Shown in pieces: positions 1 to 7,580 of a DNA stretch of 64,000 nt. The position numbers were made by a program, and so were the translations under genes. The stretch lies in the NCBI GenBank assembly GCA_017527155.1, contig JAFXQI010000027.1, positions 12,628 through 76,627 of the forward strand. Reading direction: 5' to 3'. This DNA is from Kiritimatiellia bacterium (lineage in GTDB: Bacteria > Verrucomicrobiota > Kiritimatiellia > CAIQIC01 > Lenti-01). The stretch's first letter is position 1, and every line of letters begins with the position of its first letter. A model generated the notes under the pieces. That model did no database searches, had not been told where the DNA came from, and saw only the letters and a list, made by a program, of their open reading frames with translations.

Positions 1-2878
1 GGAGGAACTTGCCGGCCTGGCCCGCGGGGATGTCGAGGGTGCCGACCCAGAAGTTGTTGGGGCCGTCGTCGGGGCGGCATTCCCAGTTCAGGTCCACGCT
101 CTGCCAGGCGGTCCAGGTGTCGCCCGCGCCGAAGCGGTAGAAGAGCTTGCCGGCGTTCATGTCGAGCGGGTTGTCGCCGGAGGCGTCGGAACCCTGGTAG
201 TTGCCGACGCGCAGGTACATCGTCCAGCCTTCCTTCGGGGTGACCGGGAAGCGCATGCTGTAGTCGGCGAAGGGCTCGTGGTTGGTCGGGCAGTGCCAGC
301 AGACGCCGGTGACGCCCGTGACGTTGCCGGTGATCTTGGTTTCGTAGGCGTTGCCGCCGTTGGCCTGGATCTTGTCGGTGCCGCCGTTGGTGGCTTCGAG
401 CTTGTAGATCAGGTACTTGCCGCCGGGGAGGTCGGAGATGGCGTGGGTGAAGTTGACGGTGTCGCCGGAGGCGGTGCCCTTGGCGAGGGTCACGTGCGTC
501 CATTCGCTGGTGGTGCTGCCGGTGATGGACTTGGTCACGAAGGCGTAGTCCATCGTGACGGAGAGGGCGCTGACATCGGCGCCGTCGTCGGGCTTCATCG
601 TCGCGGTGATGGTGACGCTGCCGCCGTCATCCGGCTCGACGGGGTTCGCCGCGACGGTCTGGAACTTGGCGCCGATGCTCGCCGGGGGCTCGCTGATGGT
701 CAGCTGGTAGTTGGCGCCGTTCCGGCTGTCGAAGATTTCGTTGCCGTCCTCGTCGCGGGCGCAGAGGAAGTAGTGGAGCGTGCCGCTGCTGGTGATGGCG
801 CTGGCGGGGATTTCCGCGTGCCACCAGTTGCCGGCCTGGGAGGTCCAGTCGGGGTTGATTGCCATCATCACGCTGGAACCCTTCTCGGAGGAAGGCCAGT
901 CGCCGCCGATGGTCGGGTTCAGGTAGTAGAAGACCTCGATTTCCTTGACCGTGTCCGCGGGACCGGCTTCGGTGTTGATGTAGATGGTGTCGTCGGTGGT
1001 CGCGCTCTCGGTCGGCCAGCCGTAGGTGCCGGCCATCCACATGCCGGAGGAGCCGCCGCCGGAACCGCCGACATCGGCGCTGTTGTCCACGAAGTTGCAG
1101 ATGTAGACCTTGCTGCCCTTGCCGTCCAGCGAGACGTGGATGTTGCCGTCGGCGCCGGAAGTGACGGAATCGCCCGTGCCGTTTTCCTTGAATTCGGTGT
1201 TGGGGCGTCCGGTGTTGATCCAGGCATCCTGGGCGCCGTCGGCGGTGTTCAGGACCACCAGGGCGGTTTCGTCGTCGTACCATTTGGTGAAGGCGTACAG
1301 GCCCTGCCCGCCGCTGTAGTAGCGCTGTTCGAAGCCGCCGCGGCGGAGGGCGCGGCACTTGTTGCGCAGGCCGTTCAGCCAGGCGATGTGGTAGTACAGG
1401 CCGCGTTCCTTGGCCCAGTCGGCGAACATGTCGCCGCCGGCGTTGCCGGGCTGGAAGCCGCGGTCGAACATGCATTCGCGCTGCCAGTCGCTGTCATCCG
1501 CGTTGGAGTCGTCCCAGCTGCGGTTGGAGCCGTTGCCGTGGCCGCCCTGGTCGAACATGTGCTCGGTGCCGTAGTAGAGGAGCGGGACGGGGGGCGCCAG
1601 GTAGAGGAAGGTCATGGCCGGGGCCATGATGCGCTTGGCGTTGGCGGCGTTGTTCGGCGCATAGGCCTGCGCGAAGCGGTTGACGTCGTGGTTGTCCAGG
1701 AAGGCGATGACGTTGTCCTTGCCCTGTCCGTACTGCTGGAGGCGGTACATTTCCTCGCCCAGCTGGTAGGTGCTGTAGCCGTTGCCGAACGCGTTGTTCA
1801 TCGCCTGCATCAGCGGGAAGAGGAGGGCGGAGTTGAAGCCGTAACCGTCGGAGCACCAGCTGGCCAGGGCGCCGGTGTCGTAGCTGAAGAGTTCGCCGAA
1901 CATCAGGAAGTTCTTCTTGCCGCGCCAGGCCGCGTGGTCGCGCATCGCCTGCGCCCAGTTGCGGCACCAGTCGTACGGGATGTGCTTGATGGCGTCCACG
2001 CGGAAGCCGTCGCAGTCCGTCGCGTCGATCAGGTTCTTGAAAGCCTTGTAGAGGATGTCGGAGGTCGTCGGGTCTTCCTGCTTCAGGTCGTCCGTGCCCT
2101 TGAACTGGCCGATCTTGTTCTCGGGGTCCTGGTCCCAGTTGTTGATCGTGCCCTGGACGTGGAAGCGGTCGAGGTTGTCGAACGGCACGCAGTGCTTGTT
2201 GTTGTTGTCCCACCAGTGCTTGCCGGAATCGTCCCAGTGGAACTGCTTGTCCTCCTCCTTCGTGCCCCAGCCGTTCTTGTCGCACATGTGGTTCGGGGCG
2301 ACGTCGAGGATGACCGCGATGTTGGCCGCGTGCAGGGCGTCGATCAGGTCCTTGAGGTCCTGGAAGGTGCCCATCGCGGGGTCGCAGCGGAAGAAGTTGT
2401 CAACGTGGTACTGGTGGTACGGAGTCCAGCGGTTGTCCGTGACGGACTGGTCGTTCTGCTGGACGCCGCTGATCCAGACGGCGGTCACGCCCATGCCCTG
2501 GAGGTAGGGGATCTGGTACTGGAGGCCCTTCCAGCTGCCGCCGTGGTGGTAGTTGCGGTTGAAGGGGTACTGGCGGTTGAGGCCGTCGCCCGTGTACTCG
2601 CAGTCCCAGGCCGGCCGGTAGCTCTTGACGCGGATGTTGCCGTCGGTCGCGAAGCGGTCGGTGAACAGCTGGTAGATGTTGCGGTCGCGCCACTGCTCGG
2701 GGGAGGGGGTGTAGGGGTAGGAGTTGTCGCCCTTCGTGTCGCGAGAAACCAGCGCGTAGTCGTCGACGACCCCGCCGGCACCGTACCAAGACGGATCGAA
2801 TTCTTCGTTTGCAAACGCCGCTCCGGCGAGCATGGCCAGCCCGCAGACGGCGATCCCGATGGCTTTCATGTGTTTCAT
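1..2878 (-). CDS. Secreted alpha-amylase family glycoside hydrolase (GH13) with C-terminal beta-sandwich/CBM-like extensions. The 3' end lies beyond the window start.
   Basis: Manual translation of the minus strand from ATG 2876-2878 (AGGAG SD upstream) gives MKHMKAIGIAVCGLAMLAGAAFA signal peptide. GH13 motifs follow: GFRVDAIKHI, FLDNHDVNRF, YYGTEHMFDQGG. The reading frame stays open to position 1. Confidence 0.85.
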   Translation of the reverse strand, partial: MKHMKAIGIAVCGLAMLAGAAFANEEFDPSWYGAGGVVDDYALVSRDTKGDNSYPYTPSPEQWRDRNIYQLFTDRFATDGNIRVKSYRPAWDCEYTGDGLNRQYPFNRNYHHGGSWKGLQYQIPYLQGMGVTAVWISGVQQNDQSVTDNRWTPYHQYHVDNFFRCDPAMGTFQDLKDLIDALHAANIAVILDVAPNHMCDKNGWGTKEEDKQFHWDDSGKHWWDNNNKHCVPFDNLDRFHVQGTINNWDQDPENKIGQFKGTDDLKQEDPTTSDILYKAFKNLIDATDCDGFRVDAIKHIPYDWCRNWAQAMRDHAAWRGKKNFLMFGELFSYDTGALASWCSDGYGFNSALLFPLMQAMNNAFGNGYSTYQLGEEMYRLQQYGQGKDNVIAFLDNHDVNRFAQAYAPNNAANAKRIMAPAMTFLYLAPPVPLLYYGTEHMFDQGGHGNGSNRSWDDSNADDSDWQRECMFDRGFQPGNAGGDMFADWAKERGLYYHIAWLNGLRNKCRALRRGGFEQRYYSGGQGLYAFTKWYDDETALVVLNTADGAQDAWINTGRPNTEFKENGTGDSVTSGADGNIHVSLDGKGSKVYICNFVDNSADVGGSGGGSSGMWMAGTYGWPTESATTDDTIYINTEAGPADTVKEIEVFYYLNPTIGGDWPSSEKGSSVMMAINPDWTSQAGNWWHAEIPASAITSSGTLHYFLCARDEDGNEIFDSRNGANYQLTISEPPASIGAKFQTVAANPVEPDDGGSVTITATMKPDDGADVSALSVTMDYAFVTKSITGSTTSEWTHVTLAKGTASGDTVNFTHAISDLPGGKYLIYKLEATNGGTDKIQANGGNAYETKITGNVTGVTGVCWHCPTNHEPFADYSMRFPVTPKEGWTMYLRVGNYQGSDASGDNPLDMNAGKLFYRFGAGDTWTAWQSVDLNWECRPDDGPNNFWVGTLDIPAGQAGKFL

Positions 2879-2984
2879 GGCAACTCCTGGATACAGTTCC
2901 TCTGTTTGGGGGCATCCTACCCCCTCCCCCCACCCCATTGCAAGCCCCGATTCCGCCCGTTCCAGACGCGGCCGCCAAGGGAGG

Positions 2985-4035
2985 CGGTCCAGGGTCGGGG
3001 GATGCCGCCCGTGGTAGGGCGAGCACTCCGTGCGAGCCGCCGGGTCGCTTGCCCCGGCTCGCTCGGAGAGCTCGCCCTACCCTCGCGGGAAACCAACCCC
3101 GGCGGTGTGCTGCCAAGTGGTTTTCATGGGCGTTTGCGTGGTGGAAAAAGGAGAAAATGTCATGTATTTTCCGTAATCTCAAATGATGTTCGGCAGGAAG
3201 GCAAAAAGGGGGCCAGGCGAACCGTTTGGCGCGGCCACCGACGGCGGCGGGGTTAGGTCGGGGGATGTGGTGTTCTCCGCCCGCCCGCGGTGGTGTGGTA
3301 GGGCGAGCACTCCGTGCGAGCCGCCGGACCGCCTGCCCCGGCTCGCTCGGAGAGCTCGCCCTACCCTCGCGGGCAACCAACCCCGGCGGCGTGTTGCCGG
3401 GTGGTTTTCATGGGCGTTTGCGTGGTGGAAAACGGAGATAATGTCATGTCTTTTCCGTAATCTCAAATGATGGTCGGCAGGAAGGCACAAGGAGGGCCAG
3501 GCGAACCGTTCGGCGCGGTCGCCGACGGCGGCGGGGTTAGGTCGGGGGATGCGGTCTTCCCCGCCCGCCCGCGGTGGTGGGGCGAGCACTCCGTGCGAGC
3601 CGCCGGGTCGCTTGCCCCGGCTCGCTCGGAGAGCTCGCCCTACCCTCGCGGGCGACCAACCACGGCGGCGTGTTGCCGGGTGGTTTTCATGGGCGTTTGC
3701 GTTGTGGAAAACGGAGAAAATGTCAGGTCTTTTCCGTAATCTCAAATGATGGTCGGCAGGAAGGCAAAAAGGAGGGCCAGGCGAACCGTTCGGCGCGGTC
3801 GCCGGCGGCGGCGGGGTTAGGTCGGGGGATGCGGTCTTCCCCGCCCGCCCGTGGTGGTGTGGTAGGGCGAGCACTCCGTGCGAGCCGCCGCGCCGCCTGC
3901 CCCGGCTCGCTCGGAGAGCTCGCCCTACCCTAGCGGGCGACCAACTACGGAGGGGTGTTGCAGGGTGGTTTTCATGGGCGGTTGTATGGTGGAAAATGGA
4001 GAAAATGTCATGTATTTTCCGTAATCTCACGTGAT
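2985..4035. repeat. Tandem array of about 3.7 copies of a ~284-bp unit. Each unit carries a ~70-bp imperfect-palindrome hairpin element, a TTTTCCGTAATCTCA motif and an SD + 9-codon micro-ORF (MSCIFRNLK).
   Basis: GTAGGGCGAGCACTCCGTGCGAGCCGCC...CGGCTCGCTCGGAGAGCTCGCCCTACC recurs at ~3013, 3296, 3580 and 3858. AAAGGAGAAAATGTCATGTATTTTCCGTAATCTCAAATGATG recurs in every unit. Confidence 0.85.
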
Positions 4036-4084
4036 GGATCGGCAGGGGGGCACCAGGCGAAAAACGGGACCGCGGGGAGGCGGG

Positions 4085-5011
4085 TCAGGGGAGGGCGGCG
4101 AGGACGGTGGGGAGGGCGAGGTCGGAGAGGTCGCCGGAGGGGGGGCGGAGGAGGGTCGGGGGGATGCGGCCGCGGGGGGACCAGGTGGCAGGTTCGGTGG
4201 GACCGAAGAGGGCCACGACCGGGATGCCGACGGCGGCGGCGAGGTGGGTGATGCCGCTGTCGTTGCCGATGTGGAGGGAACAGGTGGCGAGCGCGGGGGC
4301 GAGATCGGTCAGGGGGAGGGAGTCCAGGCGGGGGATGTCGGGGAGGGCGGCGTCAAGGGCGGGGCGGAGGGGGGCGTCGGCTTCGCCCAGGACGAGGACC
4401 ACTTCGCGGCCGCGGGAACGGAGGGTTTTTATGAGGTCGATGTAGCGGTCGAGGGGCCAGTTCTTTTTGGGGGAGCCGCTGCCGGGATGGATGGTGACGG
4501 GTTTGCCTTGGATGCCGAGGGCGCGGAGGCGGGCGGCGGCGCGGTCGAGGGTTCCTTTTGGGAAGTCGAGGGCGGGGGCGAGGCCGGTTTCGTAGAGGGC
4601 GAGCGCCATCAGGGGCTCGAGGAGGAAGTCGACGGCGTGGCCGCGCTTGATGAGGGGGGAGCCGGACAGGACTTGTTTGGCGCCGGCCATGTGGAGGTTG
4701 CTGCGGATCTGGCCTTCGGGGTCGTGGAGGTAGTTGAGGATGAGGTCGAAGGATTGGATGGCCGCTTCCTGCCCGGGGGCGAAGTCGGGGACGGGGACGA
4801 AGAAGCGGACCATTTCGGCGCGGTCGAGGGAGACGACTTTTTTGGCAAGGCCGGCGGCGACGGCTAGGTCGGCGATGTGGGGGTAGCCCCAGATTTCGAT
4901 TTCGGCGTCGGGCCAGCGGGCGAGGAGAGTCTGCAGGACGGGGAGGGTGACGATGAAGTCGCCGATGGCGCCGCCGCGGAGAATCAATATACGGGGGGCG
5001 TGAGGGGTCAT
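4085..5011 (-). CDS. Glycosyltransferase family 9 (ADP-heptose:LPS heptosyltransferase-like)
   Basis: 308-aa ORF with RILILRGGAIGDFIVTLPVLQTL...GNDSGITHLAAAVGIPVVALFGPT, typical of the GT9 heptosyltransferase fold. Confidence 0.85.
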   Translation of the reverse strand: MTPHAPRILILRGGAIGDFIVTLPVLQTLLARWPDAEIEIWGYPHIADLAVAAGLAKKVVSLDRAEMVRFFVPVPDFAPGQEAAIQSFDLILNYLHDPEGQIRSNLHMAGAKQVLSGSPLIKRGHAVDFLLEPLMALALYETGLAPALDFPKGTLDRAAARLRALGIQGKPVTIHPGSGSPKKNWPLDRYIDLIKTLRSRGREVVLVLGEADAPLRPALDAALPDIPRLDSLPLTDLAPALATCSLHIGNDSGITHLAAAVGIPVVALFGPTEPATWSPRGRIPPTLLRPPSGDLSDLALPTVLAALP

Positions 5012-5054
5012 GGGAGTGAAAAGTGAAAAGTGGGAGGAATTCCGCCGGAGGAGA

Positions 5055-5600
5055 TCAGTAGGTCATGACGACGCCGACGAAGAAGGCCACGGCGAGGACG
5101 AGCCAGAAGGCGGTCCAGAGGTGCCAGCGGAGGGGGGTCTTTGTCAGGCGTTCGTGGGTTTTGCGGAAGGTCCAGGGCCAGAGGACCCAGACGGCGCCGA
5201 CGATGACGAGGATGTAGGCGAGGATGGCGACGGCGATGGGCCAGGCGCCGCCGGTCCAGCGGACGGCGTCGAGGATGGGGTCGCCGAGGAGGAGGAGGAG
5301 TCCGCCGAGGGCGCGGACGGCGAGGAGTTCGTCGAGGCCCCACACGATGGCGGCGAAGGTGGCGACGCCGGCGAGGGGGAGGTAGGGTTTGAGGATGTCG
5401 AAGCGTCCGAGGGAGGCGCCGCGCATGATGAGGACGACCCAGACCAGGTCGAGGGCGGTCAGGACCCACGCGGCGGCGCGGCTCCGCGGGAAGGCGGACA
5501 GGGCGCGTTGGGCGGCGGCGGGGGCGAGGAGCATGGGAAGGCCGATCGCGAGGGCGAGGACGGCGGAGATGGCGAGGAGGATGGGGAGGGTCGGGGTCAT
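5055..5600 (-). CDS. Hypothetical polytopic membrane protein
   Basis: 181-aa ORF with ~5 hydrophobic helices, coding-like composition, and a 4-nt gap to the downstream heptosyltransferase. The overlapping + ORF is G/E/D-rich shadow. Confidence 0.5.
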   Translation of the reverse strand: MTPTLPILLAISAVLALAIGLPMLLAPAAAQRALSAFPRSRAAAWVLTALDLVWVVLIMRGASLGRFDILKPYLPLAGVATFAAIVWGLDELLAVRALGGLLLLLGDPILDAVRWTGGAWPIAVAILAYILVIVGAVWVLWPWTFRKTHERLTKTPLRWHLWTAFWLVLAVAFFVGVVMTY

Positions 5601-5654
5601 GGGGGGAATTTCGGGTTGCCGGAGGTTCGGGGGTTCGGGGGGGAGGTGGCGGGG

Positions 5655-6578
5655 TCAGCGGGGGGCGGGTTCGGGGGCGCCGAGGGTGGTGGGGTAGTTG
5701 TGGGAGGGGGGGAGGTTGGGGGCGGTGAGTTTGCCGGGGGCGTCGGGGTCGGGCTCGAAGCGCATGCCGCCGGTGACGGTGACGGCGCCTTCGGGGGAGC
5801 GCACGAGGCGGATGGAGCTGGAGGTGCCGACGTAATACTCGGTTCCGCGGGGTTCGCCGTTGCGGGTGAACATGGCGTGGGAGAAGCGGTCGGGCTGGAA
5901 TTGGTGGAGGACGTGGAAGACGCCCGCGGAGTCGAGTTCGAGGGCGGGCGGGATGAAGCGGATGAGGCTGCCGAGGTCGACGGCGCAGAGGCAGTAGCCG
6001 CTGGCGGGGTCGTCGAGACGGAAGAAGAGGCGGTCGCCGCGGTCGCGGTTGAGGGAGCGCAGGGAGACTTTGCGGCCGGTACCGGCGGTGGGGATGCCGT
6101 AGGTGCGGGTGAGGATTTCGAGGCCGGGGAGGACTTCGAGGGAGAGGCGGCGGCCGGAAAAGCGCATTCCGCCGAAGGCGACTTCGGGCTGGAGCATGTA
6201 GGATTGGCCGCGGACGACGCGGTAGGCCTGGAGGATGTCCACGGTGACGGTGCGGGATTCGCCGTCGGGGACCAGGAGGGGCTCGGCCAGAAGGGGCTTG
6301 CCGCTCGCGCGGACGTAGGAGGAGGGGTCGTCTTCGACGGTGAAGAGGAGCCGGGCGTTGCCGGTGCCGGGCGCGAAGTCGAGGGGGACGCCGGTGTAGT
6401 TGGCGATGGTGACGTCGGCGCGGATGGGTTCCATCAGGAGGGTGCGGTTGTGGGCGAGGGTCCAGTCGAGTTCGATTTGGGCGAGGGCGGGGAGGGGGAG
6501 GAGGAAGAAGAGGAGGGATAGGACGACTAGAGCGGATTCAAAAATAGTGTGGCCGCAAGCCGTTGTCCCACCAGCCAT
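5655..6578 (-). CDS. Hypothetical secreted protein, with the start chosen at an internal Met that gives a signal peptide
   Basis: The ORF 5655..6827 reads through repeat sequence at its 5' end. MAGGTTACGHTIFESALVVLSLLFFLLPLPALAQ begins at 6578 and looks like a signal peptide. Confidence 0.4.
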   Translation of the reverse strand: MAGGTTACGHTIFESALVVLSLLFFLLPLPALAQIELDWTLAHNRTLLMEPIRADVTIANYTGVPLDFAPGTGNARLLFTVEDDPSSYVRASGKPLLAEPLLVPDGESRTVTVDILQAYRVVRGQSYMLQPEVAFGGMRFSGRRLSLEVLPGLEILTRTYGIPTAGTGRKVSLRSLNRDRGDRLFFRLDDPASGYCLCAVDLGSLIRFIPPALELDSAGVFHVLHQFQPDRFSHAMFTRNGEPRGTEYYVGTSSSIRLVRSPEGAVTVTGGMRFEPDPDAPGKLTAPNLPPSHNYPTTLGAPEPAPR

Positions 6579-6740
6579 TTCCCACTGCGGACGCGCAGAA
6601 GCGCGTCCCTCCCCGTGGAGAGCGCAACGGGAGGGTCGCGCTTCCGCGCGACCTTGTGGTGGGAAAACGTCTGGGAAGCTACAGAAAAACTTAAACCGAT
6701 CCAAGACGGGGAGGACGGGGAGGACGGGACGGGGAAAAAG

Positions 6741-6804
6741 TTTTCCAATGGTTGGAAAAAAAGTTTCCAATGGTTGGAAAATTTTTTTCCAATGGTTGGA
6801 AAAC
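6741..6804. repeat. Array of 3 copies of the 19-bp palindrome TTTTCCAATGGTTGGAAAA with ~22-bp period, read as a candidate operator or protein-binding array
   Basis: Direct reading. It is AT-rich in GC-rich DNA. The same palindrome is arrayed at 47.6 kb and 57.4 kb. Confidence 0.7.
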
Positions 6805-6839
6805 TTTGGGGCTTGAAGATTGGTCATGGCGGGGGCGGG

Positions 6840-7580
6840 TCAGCGGCCGACGGCGAGGCGGGAGGCGGCGCGTTCGGGGAGGCCGGCTTCGCGGATCTTG
6901 GCCTGGGCGCCCGCGATGTCGTATTCGACGCGGCGGAGTTCGACGACGTTCGCCGCCATGTCGTAGATGGCGTAGGCGGCGCGCGGGTCGCCGTCGCGCG
7001 GCTGGCCGACGGAACCGACGTTGATGAAGTATTTGCGGCCGGCCACGATCTGCAGGCGGTTGTAGAGGCCGCCGCGGACGATGCCCGCCTTCTCGAACGC
7101 CAGCGGGACGTGGGTGTGGCCGAAGAAGCAGACGGAGCACATCTGGTAGGCGAAGTTGGCCTCGGCTTCGAGTTTGTCGAAGACGTAGCCCCACATCTCG
7201 GGGTTGTCCAGGGTGCCGTGGACCATCATGAAGGTCTCGACGCCGCGGGAGTAGCGGAGGGAGCGGAGCCATCCGCGTTCGGCGTCGTCGAGCTGCCGGC
7301 GGGTCCATTTGACGACGTCGGCGGCGAGGGGATGGAAGCCGGTCAGGGGGTCGTCGTAGGCGCAGTAGTGGTCGTGGTTGCCGCGGACGACGGCGTCGCC
7401 CGCCAGCTCGCGGACCTTCGCCAGGCACCACTTGGGGTCGGCGTTGTAGCCGACGACGTCGCCGACGCACGCGTAGCGCTCGACGCCCTGGGATTCGGCG
7501 TCGGCCAGGACGGCCTCGAGCGCTTCGCGGTTGGCGTGGACGTCGCCCAGGATCGCGTACTTGAGGCCCCGCATCATCAT
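6840..7580 (-). CDS. Calcineurin-like metallophosphoesterase (YfcE/MJ0936 family)
   Basis: MMMRGLKYAILGDVHANREALEAVL...VVRGNHD...FFGHTHVP motifs. Its start overlaps the stop of the upstream gene. Confidence 0.8.
   Translation of the reverse strand: MMMRGLKYAILGDVHANREALEAVLADAESQGVERYACVGDVVGYNADPKWCLAKVRELAGDAVVRGNHDHYCAYDDPLTGFHPLAADVVKWTRRQLDDAERGWLRSLRYSRGVETFMMVHGTLDNPEMWGYVFDKLEAEANFAYQMCSVCFFGHTHVPLAFEKAGIVRGGLYNRLQIVAGRKYFINVGSVGQPRDGDPRAAYAIYDMAANVVELRRVEYDIAGAQAKIREAGLPERAASRLAVGR

Noticed and set aside
278-3256. 992-aa + strand ORF overlapping the amylase gene
   Set aside because: The translation is low-complexity and G/V/A/D-rich, typical of an antisense shadow of a high-GC gene. 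The minus strand encodes a coherent GH13 amylase with signal peptide and SD.
3183-3749. Series of 66-95-aa ORFs inside the tandem array (for example 3183..3470)
   Set aside because: They are generated by the repeat itself, shift frame between units and have Arg/Ala/Gly-rich composition. They are kept only as a note in the findings, not called as genes.
2985-4035. Possible CRISPR array, because of regularly spaced repeats
   Set aside because: The period is ~284 bp with no short unique spacers and the units are near-identical throughout. This is a tandemly amplified element, not a CRISPR.
5010-6521. 503-aa + strand ORF (G/E/D-rich)
   Set aside because: Shadow ORF opposite the minus-strand membrane and hypothetical genes, with extreme Gly/Glu/Asp bias and no start context.
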